Below, piece by piece: positions 24,948 to 33,499 of a stretch of 64,000 nucleotides of DNA. The notes under the pieces are model-generated. The model searched no databases. It had not been told where the DNA came from and saw only the letters and a list, made by a program, of their open reading frames with translations. The translations under genes were made by a program, and so were the position numbers. The stretch spans positions 384,001-448,000 of the forward strand of contig OZ253449.1 of the NCBI GenBank assembly GCA_965261345.1. Reading direction: 5' to 3'. The DNA comes from Chloroflexota bacterium (lineage in GTDB: Bacteria; Chloroflexota; UBA11872; VXNJ01). How positions within the stretch are numbered: the first letter of the stretch is position 1; each line of letters begins with the position of its first letter.

Positions 24948-25694
24948 TTACCGACCGGCAGCCGGGGGCGCGGGGTTGACCGTAAGCCGACCGAACCGGC
25001 GTTGGCGCCGGTCATATTCGGCGAGTGCCTCATCCAGCCGGGCAGGGCCAAAATCCGGCCAAAGGGTCGGAGTCCACCAATATTCCGAGTAGGCTGACTG
25101 CCAGAGCAGGAAATTGCTCAGGCGCAGCTCGCCGCCGGTTCGGATCACCAAGTCGGGATCGGGTTGGCCGGCGGTATAGAGGTAGGTCTCGAGCAAGTCT
25201 TCGGTAATGTCCTGCGGTTCCAGTTCGGTCTGCATGATTTTCTGCACCGCCCGTACCAACTCGCTTCGACCCCCGTAGTTAAAAGCAATGTTGAGGGTAA
25301 GGCGGTCAAAGTTGGCGGTTGCCGACTGGAGCTGGCGGATTGTTAGGCGAAGTGGTGAAGGGAGTCGGTCAAGGGCCCCGAGCACCCGGATCCGGATCCG
25401 GTTCTCAAATATGCGGCGGCGTTCGGACCGTAGCCGTTCGCCCATCAGGCCGAGCAGGAAATCGATTTCCGAGATGGGGCGATTCCAGTTTTCGGTTGAG
25501 AGCGCATATACAGTAAGGTGCGATATTGATCGCTCCAAGCAAGCCTGAATAATTTCGCTCAGCCGCGCGCTCCCCGCCCGGTGACCCGCCGATCGATCCA
25601 GCCCGCGCTCGGCCGCCCAGCGCCCGTTACCGTCCATGATGATCGCCAGGTGGATGGGCGGAGCAGTCTTGCCGGGGGACCGGGGAATATTCAT
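24948..25694 (-). CDS. uppS: Undecaprenyl/polyprenyl diphosphate synthase
   Basis: HLAIIMDGNGRWA, STENW.RP, YGGR.E, IRTGGELRLSNFLLWQ. Confidence 0.96.
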   Translation of the reverse strand: MNIPRSPGKTAPPIHLAIIMDGNGRWAAERGLDRSAGHRAGSARLSEIIQACLERSISHLTVYALSTENWNRPISEIDFLLGLMGERLRSERRRIFENRIRIRVLGALDRLPSPLRLTIRQLQSATANFDRLTLNIAFNYGGRSELVRAVQKIMQTELEPQDITEDLLETYLYTAGQPDPDLVIRTGGELRLSNFLLWQSAYSEYWWTPTLWPDFGPARLDEALAEYDRRQRRFGRLTVNPAPPAAGR

Positions 25695-25700
25695 TGTGGG

Positions 25701-26258
25701 TCAGATCTCAAGTACTTCAGCTTCCTTTTCCGCACCCACGACGGCCATCAGCTCAACCTTGGCGTGGGTGATCCGGTCCAGCTGCTCAAGGCCGCGATGG
25801 GCCTCGTCTTGGGAACAGAATTTTTCGTCGGCGGCCGAGCGGATGTCATCAGCGATTCGACGGCGGATGTTGCGCGCCGCGATCCGGCCGTCTTCGACCT
25901 TGCGCTGGACAACCTTGACCATTTCGCGGCGCCTTTCACCCGAAAGCGGAGGGAATGGCAGCCGGATCACGTTCCCGTCAGTTGCCGGCGTGATACCTAT
26001 GTCGGATGTCTCCAGGGCGCGAATGATGGCATTGACAAGGCTCTTGTCCCAGGGTTGGATCACCAGCAGGCGGGCTTCGGGAACGGTTATGGTGGCCAGC
26101 GCTTTGAGTTCGGCCTCGGCTCCGTAGGCCGGTACCGCAAGAGTTTCCACGATGGCTGCCGAGGCACGTCCAGTTCGCACGTGTTCTAGCTCGCGGCGTA
26201 ACGCGGCCACCGAGCGGTCCATCCGTTGGCCGGCTTCCTGCAACAGCTCGTCGATCAT
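25701..26258 (-). CDS. frr: Ribosome recycling factor
   Basis: RTGRAS, IQPWDK, DGNVIRL.FP.L..ERR. Confidence 0.96.
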   Translation of the reverse strand: MIDELLQEAGQRMDRSVAALRRELEHVRTGRASAAIVETLAVPAYGAEAELKALATITVPEARLLVIQPWDKSLVNAIIRALETSDIGITPATDGNVIRLPFPPLSGERRREMVKVVQRKVEDGRIAARNIRRRIADDIRSAADEKFCSQDEAHRGLEQLDRITHAKVELMAVVGAEKEAEVLEI

Positions 26259-26995
26259 CAGCCTGCCTCGACCCTAGTTCCAATGCTCTCCCCGCGCAGG
26301 ACGCCGAGCAGATTGTGGGCGTTCTCGTCCAGCTCAAACACCACGATCGGCATCGAGTTCTCCATGCAGAGGGAAAACGCGGTCGCGTCCATTACATCAA
26401 TCTGGCGATTGAGCGCCTCGATGTAGGTGATCTTGGGAAAGTGGATTGCGCCTTCATATTTTTCCGGATCGCGGTCAAAGACCCCATTTACACGGGTGGC
26501 CTTGAGCAGGACGTCGGCGTCCATCTCGCTGGCCCGCAGCGCGCCGGCGGTATCAGTCGTAAAGTACGGATTGCCGGTGCCTGCACCAAAAATTACGACC
26601 CGGCCCCGTTCAAGGTGTCGGACCGCCCGCCGCCGGATATATGGTTCGGCGACCTCGCGCATTTCAATCGCGGTCATGACCCGGGTTTCGGCGCCGAGCA
26701 ATTCGATCGCCTGCTGCAGCGCCAGGGCATTGATCGCGGTTCCTAGCATCCCCATGTAATCGGCGGTCGAACGGTGCATTCCACGAGCCTGGGCCGATTC
26801 TCCACGCCAGATGTTGCCAGCTCCAACCACGATTCCCAGCTCAACCCCGGTATCACGCGCGGCCACCACCTGGCGGGCCAGCGCCGCCACCCGTTCGGGA
26901 GCAACTCCGAAGCCGGACGCATTGGCCAACGCGGTGCCGCTCAGCTTGAGCATTGCGCGCTTGTAAACCGGAGGTCGTCCGTCTCCTGGTGGCAT
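26258..26995 (-). CDS. pyrH: UMP kinase
   Basis: LKLSG, GAGNIWRG, DYMGMLGT, GTGNPYFTTD, VMDATA. Confidence 0.97.
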   Translation of the reverse strand: MPPGDGRPPVYKRAMLKLSGTALANASGFGVAPERVAALARQVVAARDTGVELGIVVGAGNIWRGESAQARGMHRSTADYMGMLGTAINALALQQAIELLGAETRVMTAIEMREVAEPYIRRRAVRHLERGRVVIFGAGTGNPYFTTDTAGALRASEMDADVLLKATRVNGVFDRDPEKYEGAIHFPKITYIEALNRQIDVMDATAFSLCMENSMPIVVFELDENAHNLLGVLRGESIGTRVEAG

Positions 26996-27044
26996 CGCGC
27001 GCGGGCGCTCCTTCCCTACTTTGATGTCCTAAGCCTGGCGCGGC

Positions 27045-27524
27045 CTAGATCTCGAACCGCGCAATCTCGGAAACGCGGATGTTCTCGCCAGTGCGCGCGA
27101 TTGAATCCGATATCAGGTCGCCAATCGTCCGCGACGGATCGCGGACGTAGCTCTGCTCTAGCAGAGCTTCGCCGTCGCCGCCATCGTCCGTGTTGATGCG
27201 GTCGGGGGCAAGCGCCGCAATATGCATCGCCACTTCGCGTGCCAGATTCTTGAATTCGTCGGTGCGGGCCACAAAATCGGTCTCGCAGGTGAGTTTGACC
27301 ATCGCTCCCAGGGGCCGATTGGGGTGGATATAAGCCCGGATTATGCCTTCGCCGGTTTCGCGCCCGGACCGTTCCGCGGCGCGCTCCAACCCAGCTGCGC
27401 GCAGAATCCGCCGCGCCTCATCGAGATTACCCGAGGATTCTTCCAGGGCCCGCCGGCAGTCCATCACTCCGGCCCCGGTCTCAGCCCGCAGGTCCTTGAT
27501 CGCAGCTATTGCAACCTTTGCCAT
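27045..27524 (-). CDS. tsf: Elongation factor Ts (short form)
   Basis: LR.ETGAGVMDCRRAL, CETDFVAR, GENI.V..IARF. Confidence 0.95.
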   Translation of the reverse strand: MAKVAIAAIKDLRAETGAGVMDCRRALEESSGNLDEARRILRAAGLERAAERSGRETGEGIIRAYIHPNRPLGAMVKLTCETDFVARTDEFKNLAREVAMHIAALAPDRINTDDGGDGEALLEQSYVRDPSRTIGDLISDSIARTGENIRVSEIARFEI

Positions 27525-27552
27525 TTATGTCTACTCCAGTATTAGTTCAGAT

Positions 27553-28542
27553 CTAGGATTCGGTGTCGGAAACGGTCGGCTGGCCGCCAGGCCGCCGACG
27601 GCCGGAGGAACCACCGGGGCCGCGGCCGCGGCCGCCACGCGACCTGCCGGTTCGCCGCCGCTGCTGTGGGGCGGCTTCACCGTCTCCGGAGGCCGGGGCC
27701 TCACCGCCGGTTGCCCGGGCGGCCGATTCTTGCTCAAACTTGGCCGTTGCTGCTTTTTGCAGGAGAGCCTGCTTCCTGCGGGCCAGATCGCGCCGAATCT
27801 GCTCCTGGCGTTCGCGTTCGGTCCGCTCGCGCTGTTCGCGTTCAACCCGTGCACTTTCGTAAGACTCCCAAGCCGGGCGGATCCCGCTGGCCAGCGATGA
27901 AAGCACCAGGCCAACCGAGCGGAGTGAATCGTCGTTGCCGGGGATTGGCAGGTCAACGGTGTCGGGATCGCAATTTGAGTCCACCAGGGCCACGACTGGG
28001 ATCCCCAGGGTCCGCGCCTCACGGACCGCGTTGGCCTCGCGGTTGGGGTCAATTACCACCAAGGCATGTGGAAGTTCGGCCAGGTGGGCGATACCACCCA
28101 TCTTGCGTTCCAATCGCTCCAGGGCAATCTCCTGGCGACGCCGCTCGCGCTTGGGCAGTTCGTCGAATACTCCGTCGGCGTCCTGGATGCGCAACTCGCG
28201 CAGTCGCTGGAGGCGATGTTTGACGGTGTTGAAGTTGGTCAGGGTGCCACCAAGCCAGCGCTCGATTACGTAGTACTGGCCGGTCTCATTAGCAATTTGT
28301 CGGGTCGCATCGCGTGCCTGCCGTTTGGTGCCGACGAAGATAATCCGGCCGCCTCGCGAAATCAGGGTCGATAAGTAAGCGTGCGCGGCATCAATCGCCT
28401 GGACAGTTTGGCGGAGATCAAATATGTGGATCTCGTTGCGGGCCCCGTAAATAAACCGGGCCATGCGCGGGTTCCAACGACGCGTTTTGTGGCCAAAGTG
28501 GACACCGTTGGCCAGCAGTTCTTCCATCTCGACGACGGGCAT
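27553..28542 (-). CDS. rpsB: 30S ribosomal protein S2 with long C-terminal extension
   Basis: GVHFGH..RRWNP, FVGTK, RWLGGTLTN, DSNCDP, PGNDD. Confidence 0.97.
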   Translation of the reverse strand: MPVVEMEELLANGVHFGHKTRRWNPRMARFIYGARNEIHIFDLRQTVQAIDAAHAYLSTLISRGGRIIFVGTKRQARDATRQIANETGQYYVIERWLGGTLTNFNTVKHRLQRLRELRIQDADGVFDELPKRERRRQEIALERLERKMGGIAHLAELPHALVVIDPNREANAVREARTLGIPVVALVDSNCDPDTVDLPIPGNDDSLRSVGLVLSSLASGIRPAWESYESARVEREQRERTERERQEQIRRDLARRKQALLQKAATAKFEQESAARATGGEAPASGDGEAAPQQRRRTGRSRGGRGRGPGGSSGRRRPGGQPTVSDTES

Positions 28543-28709
28543 AAATATGGTCCTTTTGGTCTTCCACCTCCATCCACCCGGGTTACAGGACCGGCCGGCG
28601 TTGCCGGCGCGGCAGGACTGGCCCGATCCGAAGGCGTGATCGATTGGGTGGTCGCAGCATTAACTTATTCGCTGCTGCCGGCGACCGTGGGTCGTACCGG
28701 TCAATTCTA
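28543..28709 (-). promoter_or_regulatory. rpsB promoter (-10 TAGAAT) and probable S2 autoregulatory leader
   Basis: TAGAAT at 28709-28704; CCACCC/GGGTGG pairing and a TGGAGG..GACC motif resembling known rpsB leaders. Confidence 0.45.
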
Positions 28710-28743
28710 GGAATTAACCGACCGCCGCCCCAGCCCCGAAATA

Positions 28744-28821
28744 TGGTCGGGGAGGGGGGATTCGAACCCCCGACCTCGTGCTCCCAAAGCACGCGCGCTA
28801 ACCAGGCTGCGCCACTCCCCG
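28744..28821 (-). tRNA. tRNA-Pro (TGG)
   Basis: CGGGGAG acceptor stem, CGTGC-TTTGGGA-GCACG anticodon arm, GGTTCGAATCC T-arm, encoded CCA. Confidence 0.96.
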
Positions 28822-28839
28822 CCGCCGACACCGCAAAGT

Positions 28840-30831
28840 TTAGGTGCTACCCGCCAACGCACCCCCGACCTCGTTTTGCGGTTGGGCCAGCAAATCGCCA
28901 ATTTCGGCTTCAAGCGCCTCGATTTGGGCTAGCAGCTCCGGGTCGACGACCACTTCCACCGGGATCGCGTCCGGATCCGGACGCGATCCGATCGGGCGCT
29001 CAAAACGGTGCAGCAGCGAGGAGTCGTCGCCCTCCTTGATTTGTTGCAACCAGGCCAAGTATTCGTCGGGGTGCTCGCGACGGGCCACGTCGCGGGCAAT
29101 CATGTATCGATTGGGCCAGGCTGCGAACGAGGAGTGGAAAGCGTCGTTTACTTCCTCTTCGCCTTGGTTAACTCGGCGGTCGATCGAAGCGTATGCGCCA
29201 CGGGCGCCGTATTCGGTCTGATCGATCTCTCCATCCGGCAAATCGGGTCGAATCACCCATTCATCGGCCGGTTGGTCGGTCCAGGCGGAGACCATGGCAC
29301 CGGTCATCTCCACGATGCGACCGTCGGGAGTTCCCCACAGCTCGAAGTCGAGGGTCTGGCGGACGCGGTCATAACGGCGGGTAATTAAGATCGCACCCGG
29401 GGTGTCGTTTACGAACCTCATGTCAAGATCGGGTTGCCAAATCGAGGCATCGAATCCGATTGGCCAGCCGCCCAATTCGTAGTAGTAGACGCGATAGAGG
29501 TGCTTGTGGCGCTCGAGAACCGGCAGGCCGGCCCAGAAAGCGGCCCGAAATAGCGTAGTTGAAACCTGACAAATTCCGCCACCGATTGCAAACAGGGTCG
29601 AGTCGGCGATGATCACCAGGCCGTCGATGAACCCCCGGTCATAGGTGATCGGACCCAGCGCCGCGTTGAAGGCGAGTGTCTCGCCGGGCATCACCAGGGT
29701 TCCGTCAACGTGTGCTGATCCAACGTCGATGTTGTGGATCCGGTAATCAGCCGATCCGGTGAATTGACTCGAGCCTCGGGCCAGTCTGGCGACGATTCCC
29801 AACTGCTCGGCCAACGGATTGAGCCAGGTGACCTGCTGGTAGCGCATCGGCGCCTCGACCCGATCGGTTCCGGCCAGCGCCGCGGCGGCCAGATCGCGGG
29901 CCAGCTGTTCACGGTTGAGTTGGCGGCCCTGGGTTGGCAGCTCGAATCTGGATACCTTTTGGGTGGTTGCGTCGATTTCGATGTCGCCGGGGGCACCAGA
30001 GCGCGCCAGCCGGGCGCCAATTTCATCCAGGGTCGGCAATGCCGCCGGGTCGAAGCCGACCTCCAGGCGGCCCTCCTGGACCCAACTGGTTAGCGCCGCG
30101 GCTAGTTCACCCTGGCTGATCTGCCAACCGCCACCAACCTCGGCCGAGGTGACGTTGATCGGCGATGACACGAGGGCCCGCGCCCGGGCTAACACCTCGC
30201 TGACCGCAAGGTCGGAGACTTCCGGCTCGCGCAGTACGGACGATAGCTCAATCACTTGCTGGACCGGCCGCTGCACAGCAACCGCCGTCCGCAACTGCCC
30301 GATCAGTCCATCTAGATCAAACGCGATGGCCGGGCGAGCTTTACGGACCTGGGGGCGACCGGAATCAAACACCAGGCCGGCATCGATCGGTTGAGGGTTG
30401 ACCAGACGATCCAGTCTTTCGAGATATCCACGCAGCACCGTTTCGTCTAGGGCAATCGGGACCGACACCACCCCGCCGTTGCGCGGCGGAGTGAGCGAAC
30501 CGACCAAAGCCGCGCGATAGTCGGCACCCAACCCGATGTCCGCCGCGGTTGGGGCCCATTCGCCCCCACCGTATGTGAGCCGCACTGGGGCCAGGAGGTA
30601 GCGGCCCCAGGATTGATCGAGTTTTTCGGCGGCGGCGGTTGGGGTCAGGCCCCCGACGTCAATCCCGCCGATGACCAAGTCGCTGGGCAGCGCATCGGCG
30701 TTGGCGAAATAGGCCGCGCCGCCTCCGGCGGCCACACCGATTCCGGCAACCAGGCCGGCGGTGAGCACATGCCGACGCCCAAACCGCTGCCCGGGTTTGC
30801 GACGCCGTGTCTTAGGGGCGGGTTTGACCAT
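28840..30831 (-). CDS. VanW-family exported/membrane-anchored protein with putative peptidoglycan-binding repeats (YoaR-like)
   Basis: N-terminal hydrophobic anchor; GIDVGGLT; GGGICQVSTTLFRAA..AGL...ER..H; DMRF.NDT. Confidence 0.88.
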   Translation of the reverse strand: MVKPAPKTRRRKPGQRFGRRHVLTAGLVAGIGVAAGGGAAYFANADALPSDLVIGGIDVGGLTPTAAAEKLDQSWGRYLLAPVRLTYGGGEWAPTAADIGLGADYRAALVGSLTPPRNGGVVSVPIALDETVLRGYLERLDRLVNPQPIDAGLVFDSGRPQVRKARPAIAFDLDGLIGQLRTAVAVQRPVQQVIELSSVLREPEVSDLAVSEVLARARALVSSPINVTSAEVGGGWQISQGELAAALTSWVQEGRLEVGFDPAALPTLDEIGARLARSGAPGDIEIDATTQKVSRFELPTQGRQLNREQLARDLAAAALAGTDRVEAPMRYQQVTWLNPLAEQLGIVARLARGSSQFTGSADYRIHNIDVGSAHVDGTLVMPGETLAFNAALGPITYDRGFIDGLVIIADSTLFAIGGGICQVSTTLFRAAFWAGLPVLERHKHLYRVYYYELGGWPIGFDASIWQPDLDMRFVNDTPGAILITRRYDRVRQTLDFELWGTPDGRIVEMTGAMVSAWTDQPADEWVIRPDLPDGEIDQTEYGARGAYASIDRRVNQGEEEVNDAFHSSFAAWPNRYMIARDVARREHPDEYLAWLQQIKEGDDSSLLHRFERPIGSRPDPDAIPVEVVVDPELLAQIEALEAEIGDLLAQPQNEVGGALAGST

Positions 30832-32128
30832 CGCCGGTAATTACCCACTTGTACGAGGTAAGTTCTTCCAACCCCATCGGCCCGCGGGCGTGCAGTTTCT
30901 GGGTTGATATTCCAACTTCCGCCCCCAGCCCGAATTCGCCCCCATCGGTAAATTGGGTCGAGGCGTTCCAAAAAACAGCGGCGGCATCGACCTCGCTTAG
31001 GAACCGCTCGCCGGTGCGATCATCCCCGGTCACGATCGCCTCCGAATGTCCACTGCCGTGGCGGCGAACATGGGCAATCGCCGCATTCGGTCCCGGCACC
31101 AGCGAGATCGCCATCTGCAGGGCCAGCCATTCGGTGTCCAGGTCCCCGGCCCGCTGGGCAACCACACCGTCGATCTCCCCGATCAGGTTCCGCGCCCCCA
31201 CGTCGGCATGCATAACGACTGAACGCTCGGCCAGCCGCTGAGCCAGCGCGGGTAGAAACCGCTCGGCAATCGCCGAATCGACCAGCAGCGAATCCAGGGC
31301 ATTGCAGATGGAAGGTCGGCGGGTTTTGGCGTTGACTACGATATCAGCGGCCATGTCCAGATCGGCTTGGGCATGGACGTAGGTATGGCAGACACCAAAG
31401 CCGGTTTCGATCACCGGGACCACCGCTGTCCGGGCGACAAAATCGACCAATCCGGACCCGCCACGCGGGATGACCACGTCAAGGTGCGAGCGCAGCCTGA
31501 GCATGTCGCCGACGATGGCGCGGTCGGGATTGGTAATCAACTCAACCCATCCGTCCGGTAAACCGACCGCGGCCCCGGCGCCCTTGAGCACATCCACCAG
31601 TGCGCGATTGCTCGCCAACGCCTCGGACCCTCCGCGCAGGACGGTGGCATTGCCAGATTTAAGGCAGATCGCGGCCACGTCGACCGAAACGTTGGGTCGG
31701 CTCTCAAAAATGACACCGCAGACCCCCAGGGGAACCCTGATCCGTCGAATCCGCAGGCCGTTGGGCCGGGTGCGCTGGTCGACCTCCGATCCGATCGGGT
31801 CCGGCAGGTCGATCAGTTCACGCACCCCTGCAGCGATCGCCGCGACCCGATCGTTGTCAAGTCGCAGGCGGTCAACCATCGCCGGATCCATCCCGGATGC
31901 AGCCGCGGCGGCCAGATCGATCGCGTTAGCGGCAAGAATTTGCGCCCGGTGGTCAAGCAGCTGATCGGCTATAGCCGCCAGCGCCACATTTTTCCGTTCG
32001 CTCGAGAGTTGGGCCAAGAGCGGGGCCGCCGCCCGCGCCGATCGGGCGCAGGCTAACAATTCCGGGTCGGGGCCGGACACGGCGTCGGTGTTGGGCGCTG
32101 GCATTTGGTCGATCACGGGAGTTGACAA
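30812..32128 (-). CDS. proA: Gamma-glutamyl phosphate reductase
   Basis: VPLGV.GVIFESRPNV, IPRGG, SICNA, NASTQFTDGGEFGLGAEVGISTQKLHARGPMGL. Confidence 0.97.
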   Translation of the reverse strand: MSTPVIDQMPAPNTDAVSGPDPELLACARSARAAAPLLAQLSSERKNVALAAIADQLLDHRAQILAANAIDLAAAAASGMDPAMVDRLRLDNDRVAAIAAGVRELIDLPDPIGSEVDQRTRPNGLRIRRIRVPLGVCGVIFESRPNVSVDVAAICLKSGNATVLRGGSEALASNRALVDVLKGAGAAVGLPDGWVELITNPDRAIVGDMLRLRSHLDVVIPRGGSGLVDFVARTAVVPVIETGFGVCHTYVHAQADLDMAADIVVNAKTRRPSICNALDSLLVDSAIAERFLPALAQRLAERSVVMHADVGARNLIGEIDGVVAQRAGDLDTEWLALQMAISLVPGPNAAIAHVRRHGSGHSEAIVTGDDRTGERFLSEVDAAAVFWNASTQFTDGGEFGLGAEVGISTQKLHARGPMGLEELTSYKWVITGDGQTRP

Positions 32129-32187
32129 GTCGCGGGGTTAACGCAACCGGGCGCGCCCGGTTGCGGAGGCGTCAACGAATTTTCCAC

Positions 32188-33279
32188 CTACAGGATCACC
32201 ATGTTGTTGCGGTGAACGACCTCGGCCCCATATTCATAACCGAGCAGATCGCGGATCCGGTTGGAATCGGCACCGGCGATCTTGCAGACATCGGACCGCC
32301 CATAGGACGGCAGGCCGCGGGCGACCTCGGTACCGTCGGGGCCCTTGACGCTGACCAGATCACCGCGCTCGAAATCGCCACGCGCCGAGACCACCCCGGC
32401 CGGCAGCAGGCTGCCGCTTTTTTCGCGCAGCGCCCTGACTGCGCCGCTGTCGACCTCGATGTCACCAGCCAGGCCGAAGTCAGCCAGCATCCAGCGGCGG
32501 CGCGAACCGGTTCGGCGTGCCTTGGCCGGGAAGCGGGTTCCGATCCGCTCGCCCGCGGCCAGCCGCACGATTACCTCTGGTTCTCTGCCCGAGGCGATTA
32601 CCGTTTCCGCGCCATGCGATTGCGCCAGCTTGGCAGCATCCAGTTTCGATCGCATGCCGCCGACCGAATAGGGCCCGCTTGAGGCGCCGGCCGCCCGGTA
32701 CAGCTCGGGGTCCAAATCGGAGATTTCGGGGACTACCTGCATCTGCCCGTCCGATTTCCGTGCCAGAAACCCCTCCACATCAGTGAGGATGAACAGCAGG
32801 TCGGCATCGATCAGGTTGGCCGCAAGGGCCGAGAGGCGATCATTGTCGCCAAATTGAAGCTCCTCGGTGGCCACCACATCGTTTTCGTTCACGATCGGCA
32901 AAACCCCCATTCCCAGAAGGGTAAGGCAGGTGTTGCGGGCGTTGAGATAGCCCGATCGGCGTTCCAGGTCGGATCGCGAGAGGAGCGCTTGGGCAACCAG
33001 GCGGTCAAAGCGCGCCATCTCCGTTCGATAGGTGGCAATTAGTGGACCCTGCCCAATGGCCGCCAGGACCTGACGCTCCAGGGTGCCGGTACCAATCTCC
33101 AACGACCGGCCGACAATTCCGGCGCCGGTGGCCACCGCCCCGCTGGATACCAGCAGTGGCTGATGGCCCAGTTCATAGAGCGCGGCAATCTGGGTGCAGA
33201 TATTGGCGACGAAATCCACGCTGAAGCCGTTGTCGGGGCCGGTCAGCAGCGACGATCCGCATTTGATGACTATGCGCAT
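32188..33279 (-). CDS. proB: Glutamate 5-kinase
   Basis: RIVIKCGSS, VSSGAV, NENDVV, FGDND.LSA, GGM.SKL, C-terminal PUA domain; start ATG 33279. Confidence 0.96.
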   Translation of the reverse strand: MRIVIKCGSSLLTGPDNGFSVDFVANICTQIAALYELGHQPLLVSSGAVATGAGIVGRSLEIGTGTLERQVLAAIGQGPLIATYRTEMARFDRLVAQALLSRSDLERRSGYLNARNTCLTLLGMGVLPIVNENDVVATEELQFGDNDRLSALAANLIDADLLFILTDVEGFLARKSDGQMQVVPEISDLDPELYRAAGASSGPYSVGGMRSKLDAAKLAQSHGAETVIASGREPEVIVRLAAGERIGTRFPAKARRTGSRRRWMLADFGLAGDIEVDSGAVRALREKSGSLLPAGVVSARGDFERGDLVSVKGPDGTEVARGLPSYGRSDVCKIAGADSNRIRDLLGYEYGAEVVHRNNMVIL

Positions 33280-33499
33280 GGGGACTGGAATCTTATTCGG
33301 GCCCGGGGCCCGGCGGCGCCGTAACCGGCGTCGATTGAATGGGCGGAGTATCCGCATCACTCCGATTTTCCCAAGCGCGGACAAATTAGTGAATTTGCCG
33401 CCGATGCAGATTCGTGGTGGCCAAAATGTAACAAGTGGAAATTACGATGGGAACTCCGCAGCCAACGGCCATTTACCCAAACATTGGTGGGTGGAAGCA

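Noticed and set aside
27045-27524. Short 159-aa EF-Ts as a truncation or pseudogene
   Set aside because: Short dimeric EF-Ts forms are established in several phyla, and the motifs are intact.
28744-28821. tRNA-Pro as an integration site
   Set aside because: No integrase, no duplicated tRNA 3' end noticed, and housekeeping genes on both sides.
33194-33499. 102-aa N-terminal extension of the EF-G-like ORF
   Set aside because: It overlaps the divergent proB start; homology begins at ATG 33500.
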